NCBI GenBank assembly: GCA_047947115.1
Contig: CP170459.1
Span: forward strand, 3,445,746 to 3,509,745
DNA: 64,000 bases
Origin: Verrucomicrobiota bacterium
Lineage (GTDB): Bacteria > Verrucomicrobiota > Verrucomicrobiia > Limisphaerales > AAA164-E04
Reading direction: 5' to 3'
Shown here: positions 20,778 to 30,691 of the stretch, piece after piece
Numbering within the stretch: the stretch's first letter is position 1
How the letters are laid out: the number at the start of each line of letters is the position of its first letter
The notes under the pieces: generated by a model
The model's database searches: none
The model's input: the letters and a program-made list of their open reading frames with translations, nothing else
What the model was told of the DNA's origin: nothing
Translations under genes and position numbers: made by a program

Positions 20778-21887
20778 TTATCCCAGGATAATGCTGCGCA
20801 GTTTTTGATGGGCACTTGGCATGGGGTGGGCTTTGAGGGTTTTTATTGTTACCCATTTTCCATCCGCAAGTTGGGAGGAAGGTTTTTCTGTCAGGAAGCC
20901 TTCAAAGCAATGGAGAGTGATGCGGTGGTGGGTGATCGTGTGCTTGATGGTGGTTAGAATGCTGAAGGTTGAAACTTGGATGCCTTTTTTCTGCAATGTC
21001 TCCAGACAGAATTGTAATGCTTCTTCAGGACTCATGATGACTGGCGAATCCGTGTTGTAGAATTCCCACAGTCCTTCGTTGTGTTCATCGGTGCCCTTTT
21101 GTTGCATCAGATATCGGTCATTGTATTTCAGGACATAAACAAAACGTTGTTGCTGAACCACAGCTCTACGTTTCGGCAGGTTGGGTAAATTGGCTACTTG
21201 TGACGTCATGTGGGCACCACAGGTTTTACTGAGAGGGCATTTGTTACATTGGGCGAGATTGCCCGGCAGGCAGATGGTGGCTCCCAGTTCCATGATGGAC
21301 TGGTTGAGGTGACTGCAATTGCCGGCGGTTCTCGGGCGCATTAAATCGGCTTGATGTACCCAGTGATCTGCCAGACCCCATAACTGGTTTTGAGTCTCAC
21401 GGTCTTTCGGATTGGATTTGATGCTGTAATAGCGTGTCAACACGCGAATGACATTTCCATCCAGAATGGGTTTCGGTTGATCAAAGGCGATGCTGGCAAT
21501 GGCTCCAGCGGTGTAGGGACCGATGCCTGGCAGGGATAGGATGGTTTCATGATCTTGTGGGAAATGGCCTTGATACCGGTCGCATGTCATCTTCGCCGCC
21601 TTGTGCAGCATGCGTGCCCTTCGGTAGTATCCAAGTCCTTCCCAGAGTTTCAGGATGGTTTGCTCTGATGCTTCGGCCAGTGCCTGAATTGTTGGGATTT
21701 CTTTCATCCAGCGTTCCCAGTAGGGAATGACCGTGGCCACCTGAGTTTGCTGCAGCATGATTTCCGAAATCCAGATGGCGTAGGGATCGTGAGTTCTGCG
21801 CCAGGGCAGATCGCGTGCATGGGTTCGATACCACTTTAAAAGGGGGCGAACACAGTCTTTTTGAATGGTCTTGTTTGCCTTTTGCAT
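20778..21887 (-). CDS. mutY: A/G-specific adenine DNA glycosylase MutY
   Basis: LLKWYRTHARDLPWRRTHDPYAIWISEIMLQQTQV, HhH-GPD (LPGIGPYTAGAIASIAF), Fe-S Cys loop (CLPGNLAQCNKCPLSKTC), C-terminal NUDIX-like domain. Confidence 0.9.
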   Translation of the reverse strand: MQKANKTIQKDCVRPLLKWYRTHARDLPWRRTHDPYAIWISEIMLQQTQVATVIPYWERWMKEIPTIQALAEASEQTILKLWEGLGYYRRARMLHKAAKMTCDRYQGHFPQDHETILSLPGIGPYTAGAIASIAFDQPKPILDGNVIRVLTRYYSIKSNPKDRETQNQLWGLADHWVHQADLMRPRTAGNCSHLNQSIMELGATICLPGNLAQCNKCPLSKTCGAHMTSQVANLPNLPKRRAVVQQQRFVYVLKYNDRYLMQQKGTDEHNEGLWEFYNTDSPVIMSPEEALQFCLETLQKKGIQVSTFSILTTIKHTITHHRITLHCFEGFLTEKPSSQLADGKWVTIKTLKAHPMPSAHQKLRSIILG

Positions 21888-21912
21888 CCGGGGTTTCTAT
21901 GCTGACCGCTTC

Positions 21913-22854
21913 ATGACGGCCAAACCGATCACCACCTATACGTGCAAACTGACATCCGGGCAAGCGGACAAGCTCCGTGGCGTGCTGGAAGCTCAGGGTT
22001 ATGTTTTTCGAGAAGTGCCTTATTCGCAATTCGCCGGGGCCAAGGACAAACTGAATGTGGTGTATTACACCTCTGGCAAACTGGTGGTGCAGGGGAAGGG
22101 GACGGATGACTTTGTTCGTTTCGTGCTGGAACCTGAGATTCTCGGTGAAGCACGTCTGGGCTATGAAAACGTCCTGGATCCGTCGCGTCTCGATCCCCGT
22201 ATCGGTATCGATGAAAGCGGAAAAGGTGATTATTTTGGTCCGCTTTGTGTGGCGGGCGTTTATGTGAACGGGGACATGATCGATCACCTGGAACAGGCCG
22301 GTTTGATGGATTCCAAACGCATCGGCAGCGACAAACGGATCCAGGTGCTTGCCGATGTGATTCGAAAAACGCCCGGTTGTCATTACACTGTGGTACCTAT
22401 CGGGCCGGAAGCTTATAACCGCCTTCAATCCACCATGCGTTCTGTGAATGCCATCCTGGCATGGGGGCATGCACGCGTGATTGAAAACTTGATGAAGAGG
22501 AAGGACATGATGAAGCCCGCCCCGGTGCGGGCGATCAGTGATCAGTTTGCGCGTTCCAAGTCAACCGTTGCTGATGCGCTTATGGCCGGGGGACGTGAAA
22601 TCGAATTGGTTCAGCGGCATAAGGCTGAATCCGATCTGGCCGTTGCGGCCGCGTCTATTTTGGCGCGTGATGCGTTTGTCCATCGCATGCACCAGTTGTC
22701 CGAAAAGTATGGCATCGAAATCCCGAAAGGAGCCAGTCAGCGAGTCATTGAGGTCGGTGCCGAGTTGGTGAGACGACATGGTGAAGCTGTCTTGAATGAG
22801 GTTGCCAAACGACATTTCAAGACGACACAGAAAGTGTTGGATTCCGTTACCTGA
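21913..22854 (+). CDS. rnhC: Ribonuclease HIII
   Basis: Track ORF 21865..22854 trimmed to ATG 21913 (MTAKPITTYTCKL...). N-terminal TBP-like substrate-binding segment (VVYYTSGKLVVQGKG), catalytic IGIDESGKGDYFGPLCVAGV. Confidence 0.85.
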   Translation: MTAKPITTYTCKLTSGQADKLRGVLEAQGYVFREVPYSQFAGAKDKLNVVYYTSGKLVVQGKGTDDFVRFVLEPEILGEARLGYENVLDPSRLDPRIGIDESGKGDYFGPLCVAGVYVNGDMIDHLEQAGLMDSKRIGSDKRIQVLADVIRKTPGCHYTVVPIGPEAYNRLQSTMRSVNAILAWGHARVIENLMKRKDMMKPAPVRAISDQFARSKSTVADALMAGGREIELVQRHKAESDLAVAAASILARDAFVHRMHQLSEKYGIEIPKGASQRVIEVGAELVRRHGEAVLNEVAKRHFKTTQKVLDSVT

Positions 22855-22870
22855 GTTGGAAGGAGATCGT

Positions 22871-23035
22871 TTTTTTGAACCGCAGATTTCGCAGATTCAC
22901 TCAGATTTTTTGAGTAAAACTCAATGACGACGTATTTCAATCAGCCCGTAAAGCCCCGTTGTCCACCAGAGCAATCTGAAATCTTATTTCCCTGGATATA
23001 TCTGCATTAATCTGCGAAATCTGCGGTTCAAAAAA
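22871..23035. repeat. 165 bp element bounded by a perfect 27 bp inverted repeat (MITE-like or long hairpin) between convergent genes
   Basis: Left arm TTTTTTGAACCGCAGATTTCGCAGATT (22871..22897); its exact reverse complement AATCTGCGAAATCTGCGGTTCAAAAAA lies at 23009..23035; 111 bp spacer. Confidence 0.8.
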
Positions 23036-23046
23036 TCCATGCCCGT

Positions 23047-23865
23047 TCAGCGCAATCCTACCAGTTCCATGCGTCGGGCTGTTTCACGATAGGCTTCTTC
23101 CACCCATTGGACGATGCGTTTGGGGTTGGGAGAGTATTCCAGTTCGATCGAGACGACTCCATCAAAGTTAAGCTCTTTGATGGCTTGGAGGTAGGGTTCG
23201 AACTTGACCACGCCTCGTCCCGGGGGAAGGTCACCGTGCACCTTGCCGTCGCAATCGCTGATATGCACATGGATGGCATTGCCTTTGAGCTTTTTTACCT
23301 CGTTGGGTGAGGTGTCGGACAACACAAGGTGACTGATATCAATGTTGGCTTTGACGCGTGGGTGCTTGCAGTCCTTGATAAACTTGGCCATGGATTTGAC
23401 GTCGTTGAGCAGGCTCATTCGGAAGGGTTCCAGTTCCAGGGCGATGCTCACGCCCTTTTTGTCTGCGTAGTCACCGAGTTCACGGCAGGTTTCTATTGCC
23501 CAATCCCACTGTGCCTGTGGCGGGATGACTTCTCGTTGCCAGATGTATTCACCCAGCACCAGGAGGATGTTGTCCGCACCCCATTGGTTCGCGAGGTCGA
23601 TGAATTTTTTGCAGCGTTCGACATGAAAGGCTCTGACCGGATCGTTGAAATCAATCAGGCCCACTGCAACGACGGGCAACGAGATGATGGGGAGTCCAAG
23701 GGTGCGACAGGTCTTATGGATGGCTTTCGCTTCGCTTGGCTTCAGGGTGGTGGCTTCCGTGAAAATGTCCACGCAGTCAAAACCTATCCGGGCGATGTGT
23801 TCCAGTCCCGTCCGGGTGTCCATACCTGCCTGTTCGAATGCGCTGTTGATGATGCCTAGTTTCAT
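23047..23865 (-). CDS. Sugar phosphate isomerase/epimerase (xylose isomerase-like TIM barrel)
   Basis: 272 aa. IGFDCVDIF..., ALELEPF..., NIDISHL..., HVHISDCDG are typical AP-endonuclease-2/xylose-isomerase-like barrel motifs. Confidence 0.75.
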   Translation of the reverse strand: MKLGIINSAFEQAGMDTRTGLEHIARIGFDCVDIFTEATTLKPSEAKAIHKTCRTLGLPIISLPVVAVGLIDFNDPVRAFHVERCKKFIDLANQWGADNILLVLGEYIWQREVIPPQAQWDWAIETCRELGDYADKKGVSIALELEPFRMSLLNDVKSMAKFIKDCKHPRVKANIDISHLVLSDTSPNEVKKLKGNAIHVHISDCDGKVHGDLPPGRGVVKFEPYLQAIKELNFDGVVSIELEYSPNPKRIVQWVEEAYRETARRMELVGLR

Positions 23866-23919
23866 AATCGTTTTTCGATGGATGATTCTCTGCTTGTTGT
23901 AACCAGATTTGCGAGGTTT

Positions 23920-25038
23920 TTAAAGAGGCCCTTCACTGAATCTTTCTTCCATGATTTCGTTCAGTTTTACCATCCGGTGGGTTTCGGCGCTCAGATAGGC
24001 AGCCTCGACCAATGCCATGGTTTTCAAATTGTCTTCTCCGCTGATCTCCGGCTCATTGCCTTCTTCCAGTGCAACGAGCAATTGAGCCATGGTGCCGATG
24101 AAAGCATCCGGAAACCAGCTCTCGGACCACGTGGGGGTTTGAAATGCCTCGTCACCAATCGTTGCATACCGAATGGTGGAGGGGGATGTATAAGGCTCCT
24201 TGCACCATCCAATGTCTCCTATTGCCAGGCCTCTCAGGCCTTCAATGCGCCATTGGATTCCTATATCGGATGGGCAACCTTCGCGAGCCGGACCGGTCCA
24301 GGTATCGTCGATGCCCACGCATCGCATGCCGTTTGCGTATTCCAGAATGTAGTTGCAGATGCCGTCCTGGTGGGGAAAGGAGGTGCGTGGGTCGGGCCGA
24401 ACACTGCAGAAAATGCCCTCCGGGTCGCCAAACCAATAGCGAAAGCAATCCAGATGATGGATGGACATGATGCGCAGGGTCACCCAGCCGAGATCGGCTT
24501 GCCAGGGCATCCAGTGCGGGATCCCCCGCATGTCCAGCGTGGCCAGAACGGGCTCTCCGATGCTGCCGTTTTCCAGAAGGGATTTTGCGGCGCGGACGGA
24601 TTGGTCGTAGCGCATGTTTTGATTCACAGCCAGGAAGATCCCGGCATCCTTGCACAACTGAACCGTCTTCTTCGCCTCTTGGAAATCCATGCCCAGAGGT
24701 TTTTGAGCCAGGATTGCTTTGATATGATTCTTTTGGCAGGCCTTCTGTATCAGTTCGAATTGAGCGTTGGGAGGGACGGCGACGTCCAAGACTTGAATGC
24801 TGGTATCTTCAAGTAATTCATCCGGCGAGGAATGAACCGCTTTGATGCCATGACATTCAGCCACTTCCCTTGCACGTTGCTCGTTGCGCGAGGCGATGGC
24901 GACGGGGTTGAAACCTGCCTTCCGGTAGGCGGGCAGGTGGCAGTCCATGACGATGAATCCGCTGCCTATGACCCCGATGGGCTGTTTTTTGTTCCTGGGA
25001 AGCTTGGCATGAATGTTGAGAGCGTTCGTATCGATCAT
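23920..25038 (-). CDS. Gfo/Idh/MocA family oxidoreductase
   Basis: N-terminal Rossmann IGVIGSGFIVMDCHLPAYRKAGFNPVAIASRN and a KPLG motif (ILAQKPLGMD). Confidence 0.8.
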   Translation of the reverse strand: MIDTNALNIHAKLPRNKKQPIGVIGSGFIVMDCHLPAYRKAGFNPVAIASRNEQRAREVAECHGIKAVHSSPDELLEDTSIQVLDVAVPPNAQFELIQKACQKNHIKAILAQKPLGMDFQEAKKTVQLCKDAGIFLAVNQNMRYDQSVRAAKSLLENGSIGEPVLATLDMRGIPHWMPWQADLGWVTLRIMSIHHLDCFRYWFGDPEGIFCSVRPDPRTSFPHQDGICNYILEYANGMRCVGIDDTWTGPAREGCPSDIGIQWRIEGLRGLAIGDIGWCKEPYTSPSTIRYATIGDEAFQTPTWSESWFPDAFIGTMAQLLVALEEGNEPEISGEDNLKTMALVEAAYLSAETHRMVKLNEIMEERFSEGPL

Positions 25039-25056
25039 AATGCTTTTTGAGATGGG

Positions 25057-26067
25057 TCAATCGGTTTCCAGGTCCGAATGGTCCGATTCATCCCCCAGGA
25101 CGTCCTGCAGACTGCTGAAAAAGGAGTGATGCTGTTCCTGGTTGGCGACGGGTTTCGGACTCGGCGGAGCAGGGGCCGGCTTGGGTGCCGGGACATTAAC
25201 TGGTGCCGGTTTGTTGGTCATGGGGTCAGGAGGCGCAGCAGTTTGGGCTGATTGATGTGCTGTTGACTCGTTTGTGTTGTCTTTTTTGAACACCAGGGTG
25301 GGGATGGGGGCATCCTGTTCTGTTTGATGGATGCGAATATGGCGCGCGCCTGTTTTGTTGATTTCCTGTTGCACCGTTGTTTTGGCGAGTGCCGGGTTGT
25401 TGCAATCCCGGGACAAGTGAGCCATGAAGATGTGCTGAAGTTGATCGGACACCAGGTGTCTGGCTGCTTCTCCTGCCGCATGGTTGCTGAGATGTCCGTG
25501 ACGACTTGTGATCCGCTGCTTGATGCTCCATGGGCGTTTGGTGTCTTCCTGCAGGAGTTGGAGATCGTAATTGGTCTCCAATATCAATGCATTGGCGGGG
25601 CGCACCCGATCCAACACCAACCGCGTCGCATGGCCCAGATCTGTAAGAAAACCGACGTTGCCGTGCGGGGTGCGTATCAGGAAACCAACCGGATCCTGGG
25701 CGTCGTGGGGAATGGAAAACGTTTCCACTTCCACATCCCCCACGTCAAAGGATTGTCCGGTTTGGAACACTTTGGCGTTGAATTTGGACTTGGTTTGACA
25801 GGAAATGGCATCAAGGGTCAGTCTGTTCGCAAACACTGGAATGCCCAGTTTGGCTCCGATCACTTTGAGGCCCTGAGTATGATCGGAATGTTCATGCGTA
25901 ACGAGGATGCCATCCAATCGTTCGGGGGTACGGTCAATCGTGGCCAAACGTTCCCGGATCTGTTTGCCGCTGAAGCCGGCATCGATCAACAGGCGCACCC
26001 CATCCGTCTCCAAATAAGCGCAATTGCCTCTGGAACCGCTTCCCAAAATGGTCAATCGAAAGGACAC
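25057..26067 (-). CDS. MBL-fold metallo-hydrolase (YycJ-like) with Pro-rich/acidic C-terminal tail
   Basis: ILGSGSRGNCAYLE..., LVTHEHSDHTQGL (HxHxDH). The last ~90 aa are low complexity (PAPVNVPAPKPAPAPPSPKP...DESDHSDLETD). Confidence 0.8.
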   Translation of the reverse strand: MSFRLTILGSGSRGNCAYLETDGVRLLIDAGFSGKQIRERLATIDRTPERLDGILVTHEHSDHTQGLKVIGAKLGIPVFANRLTLDAISCQTKSKFNAKVFQTGQSFDVGDVEVETFSIPHDAQDPVGFLIRTPHGNVGFLTDLGHATRLVLDRVRPANALILETNYDLQLLQEDTKRPWSIKQRITSRHGHLSNHAAGEAARHLVSDQLQHIFMAHLSRDCNNPALAKTTVQQEINKTGARHIRIHQTEQDAPIPTLVFKKDNTNESTAHQSAQTAAPPDPMTNKPAPVNVPAPKPAPAPPSPKPVANQEQHHSFFSSLQDVLGDESDHSDLETD

Positions 26068-26304
26068 GACCTCAGGCTAGAGGTTGTGGGGGGAATCAGG
26101 CAACGAAATCTTGCATGCTGTTTCCCGATTCCCTTCTTTCACCACTAAAGAATGCACGAAAAAGCGATATCAGATCTTAAAGTGTGTCGTTTGGGAAATT
26201 TTGCTCCAAATCGTGTGGCAATTCTCGCGACGTTCCCTATCATGCCCCCCGGATGGAGGTGAATCACCAGTTTATGCTTCATCCAATTGAGCCGATAAAT
26301 CCTT

Positions 26305-29300
26305 ATGAGCGTTCACAGTTTCCTGCATTTGATGCGTCGGATGGGGGCATTGATGCTATGCCTCCACACGATTTTTTCTTTGATAGGACAAGAAGCGGAC
26401 AATGAGGCGGAAACAGGAGTTCCACCGGCAATCCTGCCAGAAGTTACTTCATTATATGAATTGGATATCCAGGGGAACGAACGGATCAGAAATGGTGTTC
26501 TTGTAGAGGTGTCTGCGTATGTTTCTTATCATGATCCGGTGCTGGATGTGCTTTTTGTTCAGGATGATTCAGCCGGAATTTTTGTGGCTGCCAAAGATCC
26601 GGCCCTTGCCCACTTGCCTGTCGGTACTTCGGTTACGGTCAGTGGAGTTGCCGAGCCAGGAAAGTTTAAGCCCTACTTGAGCAAAGCAGAAGTTGTTCGC
26701 ATGGACGAGGGGGTGATCACTCTCGATGCATTGGAGATTGATTTGCAGATTTTGGAAACCGGTCGATACGACGGGCAAATGGTTCAAGTTGCCGGGCGCG
26801 TGCGTTCGGTGGATGTAAACGGCCATTCACTGGCACTCAAACTCTTGAACCAAGGTCGTCCTTTTACGGCCTCTGTACGCGATTTTCCTGAGAATGTGGA
26901 TGCTCAATCTTTAGTGGACAGTGTCATTGAAGTGTCTGGTGCATGCGGGTTCGATTTTGACGGGAACGAATTGCTTTCTGTCCGGCTTTATTTGGACAAA
27001 TTTGATCAATTGAAGATCGTCGTGCCGTCCGGGACCCATTTTGCTCAAGCTCCGTCCGGCAGGGTCCAAATTGAATCTTCCGAGGATATGCTCAGAGCAT
27101 CCGGCGAACGCACCCTTCTTCATGGAAATTATCTGGGGCCCGCAGATGACGGGCACTTTTATTTTCAAACTCCAAAACAGGGCTTTCTGGTGGAGCGAGC
27201 TCACTCAATTGAAATTTTGAAACGCGGGGATCCGATCGGTGTCCTGGGCTGGGTTCGATTGGAAACTGATGGGGCGATGATGCGGATTGAACAGCCCCTG
27301 GTTAAAAAGTTGGACTCCGGCAGTGTGTCGACCCTCGCGGAGCAGTCCACAGATGCGCTGACGGCATCTAATCTCAACCGATGGTTGAGTTTGAAGGGGA
27401 AGCTGATTGATGTGGAAACGGGCGATGGATTGCTTGTGTTTCATCTGGAGAGCAACGGGAAACACATTGCCGCCATGTTTGGCGGGCATACGAATAAGGT
27501 CGAGTTGTTGGTTCCTCCCGCGGAAGGCAGTCTGCTGGAGGTCAGCGGGGTTTTGACCGGGTTGCCATCGGAGCAAGGGATAGGCGAATTTCCTTCATTA
27601 AAACTCTATTCACTTTCGGATGTTGAAGTGCTGAGTCCCCCCAGTTGGTGGACGGTTGAAAGGATTACCTGGGCATTGGTTGGAGCTGCTTTGATCGGTT
27701 TTGCTGCCGTTGGGTGGAGTGTCTTGCTGAACCGACGTGTCAAACAGCAGACTTCCGCCTTGCGCCAGACTCTGGAGCAGGAGCGTATGGCGGAGGAGCG
27801 ATATCGCAAGATTTTCGAATCAGCCCTGGACATGATCCTGTTGGCCGATCATCGAGCACACATACTTTCTATCAACCCTGCTGGAGTGGAGTTATTGCAG
27901 GACGAAGCTTCCTCATTCATCGGGAAATCATTTCTGGAGTGGGTTTATCTGGAAGACCGGGGGAAGGCTGAAGAGGCTTTTGGGCTTGGGAGCAAGTCGG
28001 GGCGTGAACTGAGTATGGATGGGGAGGTGATCGAACTTCGCCTGGTGGCAAAAGGAGGGGATTCCGTCTACGTCGAGCTGAGTGTCCGGGGAGTGCTGTT
28101 GAGTGGAGGTACCTACGGGTATCAGTGTATTGCCAGGAATATTGACGAAAGGAAGCAGTCGGAAGCTCACCTGATCAAGGCGCGCAATGCCTTTCGTGAT
28201 GCCAATCGAGCGAAATCGTCCTTTCTGGCAATGATGTGCCATGAATTGCGCACTCCGATGAATGGAGTCATGGGCATGACACAAATGCTTCAGCATACCA
28301 AGCTGGATGCGCATCAGCTGGAGCTAGCCAAGTCGATTCAAGTGTCTTCCGAGGCCATGATGAAGTTGATTTTCGATTTGCTGGATATTTCCAGAATCGA
28401 ATCCGATCAGTTGAAATTGGCCGAAGAACCCTTCGATCTGGTGCAAGTCGTGGAAGATGCGCTGGCCACGCTTTATCCGGAATCGATGCGTAAGAAAGTG
28501 AATCTGACCTTGTATTGCCAGCCCCGCATCCCCAATCAGTTATTGGGTGATGCCACCCGGCTGCGTCAGATTATCCTAAACCTGGTTGGAAACGGGATCA
28601 AATTCACCGACAAAGGGGGAGTGGCTGTTCATGTCACAGGTGAAGCCCAATCCAAAATGATTCATCAGATTCGATTTGAGGTGATTGACACTGGGATCGG
28701 ACTGGGTGGATTGCGACAGCAGGATTTGTTTGAAGCCTTTGTGCAGTTGGATTCCTCGAATACAAGAAAATTCGGGGGAGCTGGATTGGGGTTGTCTATA
28801 TGTAAACGAATTGTTCAAGCGATGGGAGGGGTTATTGGGGTGGAAGGGCAGACGAAACAGGGCGCCATCTTTTGGTTTGAGATCCCTTTCAAAATTGCTC
28901 ATGCACATTCTTCCGTTCGCCTACCAAGGATCAGCTCTTCTGTGTTGGGGACAATGGTTGACATTGTTTCCAATTGCGGACTGGTTTGTGACTTCTTCAG
29001 GATGCGATGCAAAGACCTTGGACTGTCTGCCCGCTACGAAACGCCGGATGAATTTTTGACCACACTTGAAAAAGTCTCAACGGATTCAGCCAAAGAGCCC
29101 TCCATTGTTGTGTTGGATCTGGAGTCTCTTTCAGGAGAATGGCTTAAGCGATATCAGGAAAATGTCGATAAGAAGGCCAGAGATCATGTGCGATGGGTCA
29201 TGTTGTCCTCGCTGGAGGATACTAGCAATGGCTTGTCTCAAGTGATTCCACAACCTCAACTGCTTAGACTTTTGAAGCCATTGACAGAAACAGCGTTTCG

Positions 29301-29799
29301 GACGTTTTGTGATTTTATTTCGGATCAACAGCAGTTGCATGCTGAACAAGGAGTCCCGGGAAACTCGGAGTTGGCAGAGGGTTCCACATCAAGTGAAAAG
29401 GAACTGGCTTGTCGCGGATTGAAGGTGCTCGTTGCGGAAGATGATTTGATTAATCAGAAACTCATTCTCCTTTATTTGAAAAAAGCGGGATGTCTTTACG
29501 AAATAGTTCCTGACGGCAAGCAGGCCCTGGCCATGTTGGAGCAGAAGGCCTTTGATGTGGTGTTGATGGATTGCAGTATGCCGGTTATGGATGGGTTTGA
29601 AGCTGCCCGGCAAATTAGAAAAAACCCTAACTACAACAGATTGAAAGTGATCGCTTTAACGGCGCACTCACTGAAAGGGGATCGTGAGCGTTGTCTGAAA
29701 GCGGGTATGGACGATTACATGGCAAAACCCTTGAATTTGGACAAGCTCACGGAAAAACTTTCCGACATCAAGTCGGCTTCTGTTGCAAACGGGCATTGA
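26305..29799 (+). CDS. Hybrid sensor histidine kinase/response regulator with large N-terminal extracytoplasmic domain
   Basis: Signal/TM, ~440 aa periplasmic part, TM (ITWALVGAALIGFAAVGWSVLL), PAS-like (ERYRKIFESALDMILLAD), H-box MCHELRTPMNG, HATPase (GNGIKFTDKGG, GGAGLGLSICK), C-terminal receiver (VLVAEDDLINQ...LMDCSMPVMDG...KP). Confidence 0.9.
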   Translation: MSVHSFLHLMRRMGALMLCLHTIFSLIGQEADNEAETGVPPAILPEVTSLYELDIQGNERIRNGVLVEVSAYVSYHDPVLDVLFVQDDSAGIFVAAKDPALAHLPVGTSVTVSGVAEPGKFKPYLSKAEVVRMDEGVITLDALEIDLQILETGRYDGQMVQVAGRVRSVDVNGHSLALKLLNQGRPFTASVRDFPENVDAQSLVDSVIEVSGACGFDFDGNELLSVRLYLDKFDQLKIVVPSGTHFAQAPSGRVQIESSEDMLRASGERTLLHGNYLGPADDGHFYFQTPKQGFLVERAHSIEILKRGDPIGVLGWVRLETDGAMMRIEQPLVKKLDSGSVSTLAEQSTDALTASNLNRWLSLKGKLIDVETGDGLLVFHLESNGKHIAAMFGGHTNKVELLVPPAEGSLLEVSGVLTGLPSEQGIGEFPSLKLYSLSDVEVLSPPSWWTVERITWALVGAALIGFAAVGWSVLLNRRVKQQTSALRQTLEQERMAEERYRKIFESALDMILLADHRAHILSINPAGVELLQDEASSFIGKSFLEWVYLEDRGKAEEAFGLGSKSGRELSMDGEVIELRLVAKGGDSVYVELSVRGVLLSGGTYGYQCIARNIDERKQSEAHLIKARNAFRDANRAKSSFLAMMCHELRTPMNGVMGMTQMLQHTKLDAHQLELAKSIQVSSEAMMKLIFDLLDISRIESDQLKLAEEPFDLVQVVEDALATLYPESMRKKVNLTLYCQPRIPNQLLGDATRLRQIILNLVGNGIKFTDKGGVAVHVTGEAQSKMIHQIRFEVIDTGIGLGGLRQQDLFEAFVQLDSSNTRKFGGAGLGLSICKRIVQAMGGVIGVEGQTKQGAIFWFEIPFKIAHAHSSVRLPRISSSVLGTMVDIVSNCGLVCDFFRMRCKDLGLSARYETPDEFLTTLEKVSTDSAKEPSIVVLDLESLSGEWLKRYQENVDKKARDHVRWVMLSSLEDTSNGLSQVIPQPQLLRLLKPLTETAFRTFCDFISDQQQLHAEQGVPGNSELAEGSTSSEKELACRGLKVLVAEDDLINQKLILLYLKKAGCLYEIVPDGKQALAMLEQKAFDVVLMDCSMPVMDGFEAARQIRKNPNYNRLKVIALTAHSLKGDRERCLKAGMDDYMAKPLNLDKLTEKLSDIKSASVANGH

Positions 29800-29850
29800 C
29801 AATGCTTTTCTGCCAAATTAGTTTCCTTCAACGTTTTTGAAATTAAAGTT

Positions 29851-30252
29851 ATGGCAGACGAACAACAGAACCCGCTAGGAGGAGCTGCTCCCGCAGACAG
29901 TGGCAAGGTGCAGCCCAAGAAGGAAACCGTCAGGATCAATCTTCCTCCGAAACCCACTGCAGCACCGACAGTTAAGATTCCGGCTCCATCGGCTGCCGCT
30001 GCCGCGAAACCCGCTGCTGCCGCCCCTGCCGCCGCAGGAGGAGCTGCTGGTTCCACCCAAAAGCTTCCGTCTGCCGCTCCCAAGGCAGCTCCTGCACCCG
30101 CAAGTGCCGCAAAATCTCCCGCAAAGCCATCCCCAGCCATGGCGCCACGAGCTTCGGCAGCAGCTGCTACTGTGAGTGGTGCTGACAAAGGGTTGGCTGT
30201 TGCCGCTATCATCGTGTCCTTGCTGGTGGCCGCAAGACTGTTCTTTCTTTAA
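29851..30252 (+). CDS. Ala/Pro-rich low-complexity protein with extreme C-terminal TM segment (tail-anchored topology)
   Basis: 133 aa: MADEQQNPLGG...KIPAPSAAAAAKPAAAAPAAAGGAAG...GLAVAAIIVSLLVAARLFFL. Fills the gap between the kinase and trxA on the same strand. Coding status is plausible but unproven. Confidence 0.5.
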   Translation: MADEQQNPLGGAAPADSGKVQPKKETVRINLPPKPTAAPTVKIPAPSAAAAAKPAAAAPAAAGGAAGSTQKLPSAAPKAAPAPASAAKSPAKPSPAMAPRASAAAATVSGADKGLAVAAIIVSLLVAARLFFL

Positions 30253-30317
30253 GGAGAGTGGCTTTACATTCAGTATACTGAGAAGAAATTTTAACTATTT
30301 AATAAGCACTACGCGAC

Positions 30318-30635
30318 ATGGAGAGTATTAACGAAGCAGATTTTAATGAGAAGGTATTGAATGCATCACAACCTGCCCTGGTGGATTTCTGGGCTGAGTG
30401 GTGTGGACCATGTAAAATGCTGGCCCCTGTACTGGAGGAGTTATCCAGCGACAATCAGGGTAAGATTAACATCTTCAAGGTGAATGTGGACCATAACCAG
30501 CAACTGGCTGTTCAGTTCAACATTCGCTCCATCCCAACCCTCTTGTTCTTCAAGGATGGTCAGGTTCAAGAACAAGTGGTCGGGCTCAAGAACAAATCGG
30601 ATTTGCAGGCGAGCATTGATCGCATTGCCGGTTAA
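30318..30635 (+). CDS. trxA: Thioredoxin
   Basis: 105 aa, canonical WAEWCGPCK active site and the conserved ...IRSIPTLLFFKDG motif. Confidence 0.95.
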   Translation: MESINEADFNEKVLNASQPALVDFWAEWCGPCKMLAPVLEELSSDNQGKINIFKVNVDHNQQLAVQFNIRSIPTLLFFKDGQVQEQVVGLKNKSDLQASIDRIAG

Positions 30636-30691
30636 AACCTGCCTCGGAACGACCTGTTGGTTGCCCGTGGTTAATCAGCGCGGAGACAGAT

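Noticed and set aside
21547-22470. 307-aa minus-strand ORF overlapping mutY and rnhC
   Set aside because: It overlaps two motif-supported genes and has no recognisable domain.
23878-24816. 312-aa + ORF, and also the 274-aa + ORF at 25324..26148, antisense to the Gfo/Idh/MocA and MBL genes
   Set aside because: Shadow ORFs opposite motif-supported genes.
29715-30212. 165-aa minus-strand Ala-rich ORF antisense to the A/P-rich gene
   Set aside because: GC-rich GCN repeats keep both strands open. I kept the + strand ORF only because of its orientation in the gene string and its terminal TM helix, and with modest confidence.
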